This document shows positions 45,062 to 54,961 of a stretch of DNA of 64,000 bases, one piece after another. The position numbers and the translations under genes are program-made. The notes below the pieces were generated by a model. It saw only the letters and a program-made list of their open reading frames with translations, did not search any database and was not told the origin of the DNA. How positions within the stretch are numbered: the first letter of the stretch is position 1; each line of letters opens with the position of its first letter. The DNA comes from an uncultured Atribacterota bacterium (GTDB lineage Bacteria > Atribacterota > Phoenicimicrobiia > Phoenicimicrobiales > Stramentimicrobiaceae), in assembly GCA_964586485.1 (NCBI GenBank), contig CAZPII010000001.1, forward strand, positions 2,334 to 66,333, read 5' to 3'.

Positions 45062-46828
45062 ATGGCTGTTGTTGAATTACATTATTTAGGTGTTCCTGTA
45101 GCTCATAAAGAGGGCACAACAAACTCGACTTTTAAAGTTGGAGATAATGTAACATTAGGTCAGGGTTCATATGTTGATGCCACTGGCCAAATAGATTTTG
45201 GAACTACAGATTTAGTCACATCTGGAGATGTGACACTCACGGGCGCGGTTGATTTATCAGGTGCCACATCTGTTTCAGTTCCTACACCTACGTCAAGTGG
45301 TCATGCTGCAAATAAAGGTTATGTAGATAATGTAGCATCTAATATTTCAAACAAAGGTTCTGTTTTAGCGTATCAAGATACTCCGCCGGTTTCGCCAAAT
45401 GATGGTGATAAATACTTAGTCAAGGCCACTGCTACTGGAGATTGGGCGGGTCAAGAAGGTAAAATTGCTACATATGATAGTGACACAACATCTTGGTCAT
45501 TTAGCAGCGCTCCTGTTGAGGGCTGGGTTGTTTTCAACCAAGACGATTCTGATTCGATTTATGGCGATAGACAGTTAGTTTATACTGATTCTGGTTGGGA
45601 TACGTTCTCAAGTACAATTTATCATGAAAATCTTCCAGATGTTGATAGCGGAACTTATAAACATTTAACCGCTACACAGAGAACAGCTTTAACTGGTGGT
45701 GCATCAACTGACGCTGACGCTCAACATACCCATGATAGTAAGGCTGATAAAGTATCTTCACCTACAGCGGGTAATTTTGCCGGATTAGATGTTAATGGTA
45801 ATCTAACTGATTCCGGTTCTTCTTCTAGTGATTTCGCCTCGGCGTCGCATAGTCAAAACGATTCAACTATTAATATTAGCGGTTCACATGATGCATTATT
45901 AAGTGCAGCATCAACATTAGATGATGCTTTAGTTGTGTTAGATGATTTAGATGATTCAGATTTAAATTTATCAGGGTCACATGATGGTAATTTAAGTGCT
46001 TCCACTACTTTAGCTGATGCTATGGCGGTTTTAGATGATTTATCAACTGGAACATCAACGGCTAGTGAAACCTCAACTGTAGTTACAAGTTTTGATGGTT
46101 TATTATCTGCTTCTGACGATGATGTTCAAAAAGCTTTAGATACATTAGATGATCATGGAGTGACAGACCATAAGGCATCAGGTTTAACAGCGGGTCATGT
46201 ATTGAGAGCAACCGGTGCCGATTCCATGGCATTTGGCGCAATTCAAGCCTCTGATTTACCTTCAAATATAGATGCTTTAAAAATTGGTTCTGGTGATGTT
46301 ACAAATACAGAATATGGTTATTTAGCTAATGTAACTAGTGATATTCAAGATCAGATAGATGGTAAAGCAGATTCTTCTCACAATCATGATACGGATTATA
46401 TCAGTATAATATCAAGCCCTACAGCTGGTAATGCTGTGAAACAAACAGCAGGTGGTGAACTGGAAGATGCTGGTTTTGCAATTGATGAATATGAAGGTTC
46501 ACTTACTTTAAAAGAAAAGACTGTTTCTAATACTACACTTGATCTCGGATCATCAGCAAATAAAAATGTTGGTTTTGTTTCTGCCTATGCTGACACAGCT
46601 AATGTAACAATTACATTGCCTGATTTAGCAACAAATGTTGGAAAACAATATGTCATTGATGCCGCAAGTATAACAGGTGCGTATAAGGTTAATGTTCAAA
46701 GAGCTGGAACTGATACTTTATATGGCGGTTATTCACAGGCACAATTAGGAACTACTGATCATAGTATCAGATTAATAGCTGGTAAAAATAGCTGGAAATT
46801 TGATGCCGTTGGTGCAACTTTAAGTTAA
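45062..46828 (+). CDS. tail fibre protein with DUF2793-like segment and ~30-aa repeats
   Basis: AANKGYVDN; PPVSPNDGDKYLVKATATGDWAGQEGKIATYDSDTTSWSF is DUF2793-like. Three repeats end in ..LDDALVVLDDL, ..LADAMAVLDDL and ..VQKALDTLDDH. Confidence 0.6.
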   Translation: MAVVELHYLGVPVAHKEGTTNSTFKVGDNVTLGQGSYVDATGQIDFGTTDLVTSGDVTLTGAVDLSGATSVSVPTPTSSGHAANKGYVDNVASNISNKGSVLAYQDTPPVSPNDGDKYLVKATATGDWAGQEGKIATYDSDTTSWSFSSAPVEGWVVFNQDDSDSIYGDRQLVYTDSGWDTFSSTIYHENLPDVDSGTYKHLTATQRTALTGGASTDADAQHTHDSKADKVSSPTAGNFAGLDVNGNLTDSGSSSSDFASASHSQNDSTINISGSHDALLSAASTLDDALVVLDDLDDSDLNLSGSHDGNLSASTTLADAMAVLDDLSTGTSTASETSTVVTSFDGLLSASDDDVQKALDTLDDHGVTDHKASGLTAGHVLRATGADSMAFGAIQASDLPSNIDALKIGSGDVTNTEYGYLANVTSDIQDQIDGKADSSHNHDTDYISIISSPTAGNAVKQTAGGELEDAGFAIDEYEGSLTLKEKTVSNTTLDLGSSANKNVGFVSAYADTANVTITLPDLATNVGKQYVIDAASITGAYKVNVQRAGTDTLYGGYSQAQLGTTDHSIRLIAGKNSWKFDAVGATLS

Positions 46829-46844
46829 TTTTTGATTATATAAG

Positions 46845-46892
46845 AAGTGGCCGGTGAAAAATAAAAATTTTGCTGGCCACTTTATGTTTTTT
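46845..46892 (+). terminator. rho-independent terminator
   Basis: Stem aagtggccgg / ctggccactt (10 bp including one G-U) with an 18-nt loop, then tatgtttttt. TATAAT follows at 46897-46902. Confidence 0.6.
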
Positions 46893-46919
46893 CTTATATA
46901 ATATTTTAGTGAGGAAAAC

Positions 46920-47405
46920 ATGTCTGTAAATCATATTTATCCGGGTATAATAGAGCCAACATTTAACAGGGTTAAAGTTGCCCAATCAACACCTGTTGAT
47001 AGTAATGAATTGGCAACAAAATCTTATGTTGATTCACAAAGTGGCGGTGGGTCTTCAAGTTTGTCTTATTCTAGCACATCTGATTCCAACGGCATATCGC
47101 AATTAGATGGTGTTTATGTTGATTCTAATGGAAAATTGGCAACTGGTAGTAGCTCTACGGATTCAGAATCTAAAATAATAGGCATAGCCAATTCTGCTAT
47201 ATCTGGCGATGCAAGTGGGTCAATTATAACTTTTGGTTTAATATCTGGATTATCAGGGTTAACACAAGGCAGTTATTATTATTTACAATCAGATGGGACT
47301 ATAAGCGTAACACCACCGTCTTCGGGTTATGTGGTAGAAATTGGACAAGCATTGAAAACAACTGAATTATTTATTAATATACAAAGAAGAGTTAAATTAG
47401 CATAA
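46920..47405 (+). CDS. small fibre-like protein (161 aa)
   Basis: GAGGAAAA RBS. ELATKSYVDSQSGGG motif; Ser/Gly-rich. Confidence 0.4.
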   Translation: MSVNHIYPGIIEPTFNRVKVAQSTPVDSNELATKSYVDSQSGGGSSSLSYSSTSDSNGISQLDGVYVDSNGKLATGSSSTDSESKIIGIANSAISGDASGSIITFGLISGLSGLTQGSYYYLQSDGTISVTPPSSGYVVEIGQALKTTELFINIQRRVKLA

Positions 47406-48322
47406 TGGCTGATAGGAAACCTTTAATATTATATAATGGAAAAACAAGAGAAACAGAGCCAGATGAATTTATAATAGCTGATTCTATTTCTTCAGGTTTG
47501 GAAGTTAGTGTTTTAAAATCAGTCAATAAATTTATGACAGATGTTAAAAAAATAACATTTGTTGGATCAAATTTAACTGTTTCGGAAAATATTACAAATC
47601 AAGCCGATATTATATTATCAACAACTAATTCTTGGGGCTGTTTGCTTGAATCGGCACCTAGAATATTTACAGGCTCTAGTCAAAAAGAAGTTACAATAGA
47701 AGATTTTTATTTGAGATTACCAGATGGTGCTCATTTAAAAAATATCGATCAAATAAAATTAGATATAAGTAATTCTGATCACAGGTATTTAAGTGTACCA
47801 GAGCAATCAGATACTTGGTATTATATTTATGTCACAGATGATTTTTCTAGTTATCCAGCTTTTGGTTTTTTTGACACTGTTCCGCCAAATGAACTTGGAG
47901 AGCATTCTGTTATTAATGCTAGATTTATAGGTTCTGTTTTTAATAATAATAATTTAGATTTTTTAAGATTTGATAAAAGTAATAATATAGTGCATTTAAC
48001 AGAAGATAAAAGTGTTGTGCAAATATTATCTTCTGGTTTAGAAAGTTCTTTTTCATACCAAGATATTAAAAAATATGTTCCAAAAACAGCCGGTAGTGTT
48101 ATCATAAATAATAATTTAAGCTCAGGTTATTTAGATATATTTGAAACATTCGGTGGTAGAAATTCAAATTTAAATGATATATATGATAATCAGATGATAA
48201 TACCGCTGGATGGAAATTTTCAACTAGGCTGTAGATATTCTGGCTCTCAAGGAACAGAAACTTTATACTTTTATGGTTATATCGAAAATATATTTATTGT
48301 GAAAACGGATGTAATTTATTAA
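47405..48322 (+). CDS. fibre-family paralog A (no LamG insert)
   Basis: TAATG overlap. Shares N-terminal (KPLILYNGKTRE) and C-terminal (WYYIYVTDD, ARFIGSV, LYFYGYIENI) motifs with the next two genes. Confidence 0.45.
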   Translation: MADRKPLILYNGKTRETEPDEFIIADSISSGLEVSVLKSVNKFMTDVKKITFVGSNLTVSENITNQADIILSTTNSWGCLLESAPRIFTGSSQKEVTIEDFYLRLPDGAHLKNIDQIKLDISNSDHRYLSVPEQSDTWYYIYVTDDFSSYPAFGFFDTVPPNELGEHSVINARFIGSVFNNNNLDFLRFDKSNNIVHLTEDKSVVQILSSGLESSFSYQDIKKYVPKTAGSVIINNNLSSGYLDIFETFGGRNSNLNDIYDNQMIIPLDGNFQLGCRYSGSQGTETLYFYGYIENIFIVKTDVIY

Positions 48323-51300
48323 TGTATAAGCCTATAGTAAGTAATAATGGGAATTTAGAAGAATTACAATCAGGTGATACCCTTTACGGGGTAGCATCTG
48401 GTGATGTTGTTCTAGATATAAAAGATGAAAACACTTTGAAAAAAGAAGGTGTTAAAAATCTTGTTTTTTCTGGTGGGGTATTTTTAGAGGATGCTGGAGG
48501 CAATGAATTAAAAATATCCTCTAGTAATGGCGGTGCAACAAGCTTTAGCCCTAGAATGCCTGTTATTTCAGGTTTAAGAAAGGCAGAGATAACTTCTAGC
48601 AATTCAGAGAATTATTCAATTTCAACCGGAAATAACGATAAAATAAAATTGAATATCGATAAATGTGGTAGTGTTGAGGTTACATTAACTTCAGGCTCAA
48701 GAACCGCTTCTCAAATATGTAATGATATTAATTTAGCATTAAATTCTTCTACTAATTATCATGATTCATATACATATGCGATTGATGATAATTCTAAAGT
48801 TAAACTAAGATCGCTTCGTTATATGAAGAACCCTGAGATTATCATAGAATCAATATCAAATGATGCCTATACTACCTTGGGTTTTTCAACTGGCACTACA
48901 GATTCTTGGAAGCAAAATGAATTAAAAGTTCACCCTTATGATTTATTGCTGCCAGATGGAACGATTCAAAAAGAAACCACTCAGAAAACATTAGATATTA
49001 CCAATGATGATGATTTAGAGCAACAAAGTCTAACAGCTAGTTCAAGTCAGAAGATTTTTAATTTTTCTGACATGAAGTTAGAAACATATGAAAAACAATA
49101 CACAACAATAACATATCCTCATATCCATTTAAGATTCAATAATAGCTTTTTCGATTTGAGCGACAATAATCATATAGTTCAAACAATAACTGGTGTAACA
49201 TTCAATTCATCAGTGAAAAAATTAGGCTCTCATAGTGCAGATTTTTCAGGCTCTTCTGCTTATCTTGATTTTGGCAATATAGCCGATTTAGAAAGAGATG
49301 AAGAGTTTTCATTTGAAGGCTGGGTAAGATTTGATTCAGTTGGCTCAGCACAAGGTATCATATCAAAAAGACTTGGTGGGGCAACTTATCAGGGATATTA
49401 TTTTGGTATTGATGGAAATAATAAGTTAACTTTCATATTAGCCAATAACCTTGGTGCTGGCCAATATCTTCACATTACTACCACATCTACTTATTCGGCC
49501 AATACTTGGTATCATTTTGTATTAACTTATGATGGCTCTGGGAATGCCAGTGGAGCAAAAATATATGTTAATAATACACTGCAAAATGTAACAATCAATA
49601 AAAATACATTGTCTGGTGATATATCTAATAGTGCCAATCTTATCATTGGAAACAATCAAGGACTGTCAATTGGTATTGATGGAAAACTTGATTCTATAAT
49701 AATCCATGGTAGTGAATTAGCAACATTAGAAATTAATGATAGATATAGAAATGGTCAATATTCTTGCCATGGGCTAGACGCGGACAAATGCTTACTTAAC
49801 CTAACTTGCTATAATAGTGTTGATGATTCAAGTTATAGAGAAAAGTCAACAACTGGAAACAATATATCATATTCAGGAACAGCACCTGATAGATATGCTG
49901 TTTTCAATGGGACATCATCAAAAATAGATCTTGGTAATGATTCATCATTATTATTTGAAAAAGATGAAGAGTTTTCATTTTCGTACTGGTTTAATCCTAG
50001 TGATGCCAGTTCAAGTTATAGAACTATTTTTAGCTCTGTTGATTCGTCAGGGGATAAAGGCATTATCGTTCGGCATCAGAATGGAAAAATTGAAGTTCAT
50101 TTAGTTAATACTTCGGGATCAAATAGCATAGTAATTTCAACTACTAATAATGTTCTCGGGACATCAAGTTTTAAACATGTTTTTATTACTTATGATGGTT
50201 CTGGGAGTGCCAATGGAGCAAAAATATATGTTAATAATGTTGAAATAACAGACATAACAACTACTTATGATAATTTAAGTGCCACCATTGTTAATAGTTC
50301 AAATAATATTAACATAGGATATGATAATAATTCAAACTACTTATATGGAAACCTAAGAGATCTTTTGATCTTTAGTGAGAAATTATCAACTTCACAAAAA
50401 GAAGAAATATACAATTCAGGGGTAAAGAAATCTTATGATTATATAAGTTATAATCCAGCTGAATTAGTATTACATCTGAATAATACTAATAATGATTCGT
50501 CACAGAATAATTATGTTGGCACGTCAACTAATATAACATATTCATCATCTGTGAAGAAATTAGGAAGTCATTCTGCAAGTTTCAATGGGATATCGTCAAA
50601 AATAGATTATAATGATGTATGTTCGTTTGAAAAAGATAAACCTTTTTCTTTTGAATTTTGGGTTTATGTAGATAGCTCAGGATCTGGTGCAAGGCCAATA
50701 TTATCGAAAATAAATTCTTCAGGTTCAAATGAAGGGTACGAAATAGAAATAAACTCTTCTGGAGGATTGCAATTCACAATTGTAGATATATCAACCTCGA
50801 TGTATGTTTATACTTCACCTGTTTCTACTGATACATTAATACATGCGGTTGTTTCTTATGATGGATCATCGAATAGAAGTGGTATGAAAATATATATTAA
50901 TAGCGTAGCGCAAAGCTTGACAACTGGCGGAAGCTCAAGTTTAAGCAATACAATAGTATCAACAGCACCATTAATTGTTGGAAGTCAATCAACTAATTGG
51001 TTTGATGGTTATATCGATGAATTGATTATTTATTCAGAAGAAATTTCTCAAGCTGATGTAAATAATAGATATAATTCAGGAAATGGTGAAGAGTATAATT
51101 TTGGCTCCGAAGAAATACCTGTATTTAAGGTTCTAGTCAATTCAGTACAGCAAGAATTGAATAATGATTATGTACTTAATTCAGAAACCCAAATTGAATT
51201 TTATTCAGGGCTTTCCTCCAGTGATATAGTAGAAGCTATAATAAAAATTGAAGGAAACAGGTGGTATTATCTCTATATCACTGATATATCATTATTTTCA

Positions 51301-51774
51301 ACTAGAAAAGTTTTTGCTTCCAATCAAAGGCCAAATTGGTTTGGTGAACATCAGAAATCAAATTTTAACGGCCGATATATAGGGTCGTTTAAAACAGATG
51401 GTCTCACAGAAATAAGACCATTTATAAAATTTGGAGATGAAGTTTTACAAGAAGAAGAAATTATATATAGTGGGACCATTACTACAGATGGTTCTAATCT
51501 AAACCTTAATGATTACTTACCTCCAACAACAAATTTAGCTAAACTATCGGCATTATCATCGACGGTTAACTCAAGGCCATACGTTTGGTCGAGGTTTGAT
51601 AGCAATTTCTTATGTTCTCTTGCTGGTAAATGCAAAGGAATTAATTATAGAGATCTTATCTATTTAACGGATGAAGAAAGAAATATCTTTCTTCAAAGAG
51701 AAGACCAAAATAATACTATAAATGTTTATTCACATGGTTATATGGAAAACGTATTAGAGCCAATTGGAGCTTAA
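48322..51774 (+). CDS. fibre-family paralog B with three LamG (Laminin_G_3/concanavalin-like) domains
   Basis: Three copies of the pattern SA(D/S)F(S/N)G.S..ID...(E/K)FSF..W......W.H...TYDGSG.A.G.KIYVN.....G..D.(L/I)II...(L/I)S...I..RYNSG, at about 49120-51110. Confidence 0.75.
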   Translation: MYKPIVSNNGNLEELQSGDTLYGVASGDVVLDIKDENTLKKEGVKNLVFSGGVFLEDAGGNELKISSSNGGATSFSPRMPVISGLRKAEITSSNSENYSISTGNNDKIKLNIDKCGSVEVTLTSGSRTASQICNDINLALNSSTNYHDSYTYAIDDNSKVKLRSLRYMKNPEIIIESISNDAYTTLGFSTGTTDSWKQNELKVHPYDLLLPDGTIQKETTQKTLDITNDDDLEQQSLTASSSQKIFNFSDMKLETYEKQYTTITYPHIHLRFNNSFFDLSDNNHIVQTITGVTFNSSVKKLGSHSADFSGSSAYLDFGNIADLERDEEFSFEGWVRFDSVGSAQGIISKRLGGATYQGYYFGIDGNNKLTFILANNLGAGQYLHITTTSTYSANTWYHFVLTYDGSGNASGAKIYVNNTLQNVTINKNTLSGDISNSANLIIGNNQGLSIGIDGKLDSIIIHGSELATLEINDRYRNGQYSCHGLDADKCLLNLTCYNSVDDSSYREKSTTGNNISYSGTAPDRYAVFNGTSSKIDLGNDSSLLFEKDEEFSFSYWFNPSDASSSYRTIFSSVDSSGDKGIIVRHQNGKIEVHLVNTSGSNSIVISTTNNVLGTSSFKHVFITYDGSGSANGAKIYVNNVEITDITTTYDNLSATIVNSSNNINIGYDNNSNYLYGNLRDLLIFSEKLSTSQKEEIYNSGVKKSYDYISYNPAELVLHLNNTNNDSSQNNYVGTSTNITYSSSVKKLGSHSASFNGISSKIDYNDVCSFEKDKPFSFEFWVYVDSSGSGARPILSKINSSGSNEGYEIEINSSGGLQFTIVDISTSMYVYTSPVSTDTLIHAVVSYDGSSNRSGMKIYINSVAQSLTTGGSSSLSNTIVSTAPLIVGSQSTNWFDGYIDELIIYSEEISQADVNNRYNSGNGEEYNFGSEEIPVFKVLVNSVQQELNNDYVLNSETQIEFYSGLSSSDIVEAIIKIEGNRWYYLYITDISLFSTRKVFASNQRPNWFGEHQKSNFNGRYIGSFKTDGLTEIRPFIKFGDEVLQEEEIIYSGTITTDGSNLNLNDYLPPTTNLAKLSALSSTVNSRPYVWSRFDSNFLCSLAGKCKGINYRDLIYLTDEERNIFLQREDQNNTINVYSHGYMENVLEPIGA

Positions 51775-51776
51775 AA

Positions 51777-53399
51777 ATGGTAGAAAAAAGAGCCACAATA
51801 TTAAATAATGGGAATTTAGAAGAAATTAGTGATAGTGATACTCTCACTAATATTGGTTCTCTTATGAATGATATAAATGACGGAACGACAACCGTTAATA
51901 ACCCTGAAGCGACTAATTTTAAAGGTTCTAATATTGAGGCTTCTCCGCATTCAAATTCAAATACTGCCGTCATAGAATTTAAATCATCTGGATCTAATAC
52001 AAAGTTTATTCAAACTAATCCAAAACTAAAATCATTTGAGATAGATAGTGATCTTAAATTGGTTGAGCTGTTAACGCAGTTTGAAAACAATTTAAATGAT
52101 GATAGTAATAATAGTTATACATTATCCAGTAATAATGTTAGCTTCTCGTCTTCAACTTATAAAATAGGTAGTTATAGTGCAAGTTTTAATGGTTCGAACA
52201 GTTATATTAACTGTGGCAACTCTTTTAACTTAAATTTTGAAAGAGATGAGGAGTTTTCGTTTGAGTTCTGGGTTTATCTCAGTTCAAAAAATGCAAATCA
52301 AATGTTCTTTACAAAAAGAAAATCATCCGCTAATAACTGGACGGGTGTGTCAATATACGTTGGTAGCGATAACACTGTTAGATTTTTATTATTAGCGGAT
52401 TCAGGCACAGGTAACTATATTCAAGCTAAAACTTCAGCTACACTAGACATAGGTCAATGGCACCATATTGTTGGCACATACAATGGGTCGAGTTTGCTTA
52501 GTGGCACAAAAATTTATATTAATGGGTCAGAGGCTACTTTATCAGGAAGTATAGATAACCTTTCTTCTAATATAAGCAACTCGGAGAATTTTTATGTTGG
52601 TGGAGATTATGTTAATAATATAAACTATTTAGATGGATTTTTAGATAGGTTTGTTGTTTATGAAAAAATATTGACAGCAGATGAAATTTCAAAACATTAT
52701 AATTCAGGTAATGGATACAGTGATGTTTATAATGAAAACATTATAAAAGTAACTCCATTTAAGTGCATGTTACCTGATGAAAGCGTTTTGGCCCAGAGTT
52801 CTATTCAATATCTTAATTTAGAAGATGCCAATGATTTTGAATCATCATATACATTGACCGGTGATCAATGGTTATATTTATATGCAACTGACGAAACCTC
52901 TTGGTCAACTAAGAAATTATTTTTCAGCACAACAAAACCTTATGCAAGGGGGTTTCATCCAACAAAAAACGCCAAATATATTGGATCAATTAGATTAAAT
53001 TCCAATATAAAAATTGAGAAGTTTAGAAAAGAAGGTTGTAATGTATTATATCAAGTTTCTCAAATTGCTTATACTAATACTACAACCTCTACTTCATTAG
53101 TTACAGTTGATCTAAGTGATCATATTCCAGAAACAACAAATGTAGCATTTGCTTTCAGTTATCAATTAACTATAGATGATACATATGTTTCATATATCAG
53201 AGGAAAAAAACAAGATAATACAGCGAAAGATTGGCCAGATGAATCGGGTCAGGGAAAAAGATATTATCCAGCAATAGTAAAAACAAATGATGATAGAGAA
53301 GTTTATCATAATTCTAATACAACTAGAACAGAAGATACAAAGCTTTATGTTTTAGGTTATATAGAGAACGTAGATAATCCATTACAGAACGTAGCATAG
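51777..53399 (+). CDS. fibre-family paralog C with one LamG domain
   Basis: SASFNGSNSYINCGN...EEFSFEFWVY...WHHIVGTYNGSSLLSGTKIYINGSE...LDRFVVYEKILTADEISKHYNSGNG. N- and C-terminal motifs are shared with paralogs A and B. Confidence 0.7.
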   Translation: MVEKRATILNNGNLEEISDSDTLTNIGSLMNDINDGTTTVNNPEATNFKGSNIEASPHSNSNTAVIEFKSSGSNTKFIQTNPKLKSFEIDSDLKLVELLTQFENNLNDDSNNSYTLSSNNVSFSSSTYKIGSYSASFNGSNSYINCGNSFNLNFERDEEFSFEFWVYLSSKNANQMFFTKRKSSANNWTGVSIYVGSDNTVRFLLLADSGTGNYIQAKTSATLDIGQWHHIVGTYNGSSLLSGTKIYINGSEATLSGSIDNLSSNISNSENFYVGGDYVNNINYLDGFLDRFVVYEKILTADEISKHYNSGNGYSDVYNENIIKVTPFKCMLPDESVLAQSSIQYLNLEDANDFESSYTLTGDQWLYLYATDETSWSTKKLFFSTTKPYARGFHPTKNAKYIGSIRLNSNIKIEKFRKEGCNVLYQVSQIAYTNTTTSTSLVTVDLSDHIPETTNVAFAFSYQLTIDDTYVSYIRGKKQDNTAKDWPDESGQGKRYYPAIVKTNDDREVYHNSNTTRTEDTKLYVLGYIENVDNPLQNVA

Positions 53400-53405
53400 G
53401 TGAGT

Positions 53406-53819
53406 ATGTATTTATTTTTTAATAAGTCCGATAATATAATACAAGCGTTTGGTATTGTTGATTTTGAATCAACTGGAGAATCAGGGTTTAATTCATTACT
53501 TCATAAGCAATACAAGGGAAATTTTAAAATACCTCAAATATTTGGCGACTTAAGAGTGCAGGAAATAACAACTGAACAGGATCAGGATACTTTTACTCTT
53601 GATTTTGATTATAAAATAAATAAAAATAATATATGTATTGAAAAACAAGTAGATGGAGTTTTTCAAATAATTGATCCTATTGATTATCAGGAGTTTGATA
53701 TAAATACAATAGTTTTTGAAACAGCTTTTGATTCTGGTGTTGTTTTAAGGTTTTCATCTAATGAAATTATAGAATATATTTTTGATGAAAACTCTGAAAC
53801 TTTTAGCGTTTCTGATTAG
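53406..53819 (+). CDS. hypothetical protein (137 aa)
   Basis: ATG 53406; the track start is GTG 53400. Confidence 0.4.
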   Translation: MYLFFNKSDNIIQAFGIVDFESTGESGFNSLLHKQYKGNFKIPQIFGDLRVQEITTEQDQDTFTLDFDYKINKNNICIEKQVDGVFQIIDPIDYQEFDINTIVFETAFDSGVVLRFSSNEIIEYIFDENSETFSVSD

Positions 53820-53835
53820 ATGAAAGGATTTAATA

Positions 53836-54249
53836 ATGCTTAAAGAAAAAGAAAAACCAGTTAAATCTAATTGTCCTGATGATTTATGTGATCACATAGA
53901 TTTTAATATTATATTTAAATGGATTAAAAATAAATATAGTGGCGTATTCAATGGTAGTATTGCTGCTATTGTCGCTGGTATTGTTGGTGTTGGCATTGTT
54001 GGGTCTCTTGTTTATTCTGAGCCAGTTCAAAAAATGGTAGACACACATATTAATGAGCTGGTTTCACAAAAAACTAAAAATTTTGCTACAAAAGAAGATG
54101 TTAAATGTTTAAAAGAAGATATAAACTTAAGATTAAGTGAACAAAATATTAGTATACGTAATATAAAAAATGATATAAAAAAGGATATGAAAAGTGTTGA
54201 TGATAAGCTTGATAGGTTAATTATGTATCAACTTGAAAGGAAAAATTAA
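53836..54249 (+). CDS. single-pass membrane protein (holin candidate)
   Basis: AAAGGA RBS. TM segment IAAIVAGIVGVGIVGSLVY followed by a charged coiled-coil tail. Lies upstream of the peptidase gene. Confidence 0.3.
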   Translation: MLKEKEKPVKSNCPDDLCDHIDFNIIFKWIKNKYSGVFNGSIAAIVAGIVGVGIVGSLVYSEPVQKMVDTHINELVSQKTKNFATKEDVKCLKEDINLRLSEQNISIRNIKNDIKKDMKSVDDKLDRLIMYQLERKN

Positions 54250-54563
54250 TGAATTGTATTGCCAATAGTATTAAAAAGATGTTTTACAATCATCTTAATG
54301 GTGATATGAGGTTTCCTGAAATAAAATTAATTCCAAAAATACTTAATGCCATTACTTATGTAGAAAGTATAAAAACATCTTCAGCTAAGATGTTAAGAAA
54401 AAATCATGCATATAAGACAAATTTAGCTGTAGATTGTTTAATGCAAGATAAAGAAATTGTTGACACTGTTGCTAATATAATGGATACTGAAAATGAAGAT
54501 CAAATACGTGGTTTTATATTTGCTAAGACAAAATATATATATGATAACAAATTTAACAGTTAA
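54249..54563 (+). CDS. hypothetical protein (104 aa)
   Basis: TAATG overlap. Confidence 0.4.
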   Translation: MNCIANSIKKMFYNHLNGDMRFPEIKLIPKILNAITYVESIKTSSAKMLRKNHAYKTNLAVDCLMQDKEIVDTVANIMDTENEDQIRGFIFAKTKYIYDNKFNS

Positions 54564-54574
54564 AGGAGTAATGT

Positions 54575-54952
54575 ATGGGATTTTGGAAAGTTTTTAGAAA
54601 AGTATTTTCAGTTGGTATCAAAATAGGAAGTTATTTTTATCCACCATTAAGGGGCTTAGTTGTTATTGATGAGGCAATCAAAATGGTCCAAAAACAAAAG
54701 AAAGATGGAAAGAAGTTTAAAAATAATGCTGAAAAGACTTGGGAAGCAGTTAATATGATATTGGCAAATGTTTCAAGGCCAGAAAATTTAGTTGTTGTCA
54801 AAGAAGCTCTTGATAATCTCGGTATAAAGGATTTAGAATTAGAACAAAATAATTTCTGGATTCCAGATGATATTTATAATAAACTTGAATCATATTTATT
54901 TAGTACGGTAAAGGGTAGATATGAAGAGTTAAAACAAAATAAAGAAATATAG
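54575..54952 (+). CDS. hypothetical protein (125 aa) with hydrophobic/amphipathic N-terminus
   Basis: AAAGGAG RBS. N-terminus MGFWKVFRKVFSVGIKIGSYFYPPLRGLVVI. Confidence 0.4.
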   Translation: MGFWKVFRKVFSVGIKIGSYFYPPLRGLVVIDEAIKMVQKQKKDGKKFKNNAEKTWEAVNMILANVSRPENLVVVKEALDNLGIKDLELEQNNFWIPDDIYNKLESYLFSTVKGRYEELKQNKEI

Positions 54953-54961
54953 GAGTATATA

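Noticed and set aside
44607-51973. Nested ORFs 44607(+ alternative frame), 46083(-), 47851(-), 48384(-) and 51716(-)
   Set aside because: All lie inside fibre or LamG genes, have low-complexity translations and lack an RBS.
49120-52730. Diversity-generating retroelement (TR/VR) interpretation of the nucleotide repeats in the LamG genes
   Set aside because: The repeats are in-frame domain duplications inside coding sequence. No reverse transcriptase, non-coding template repeat or adenine-specific mismatch pattern was seen.
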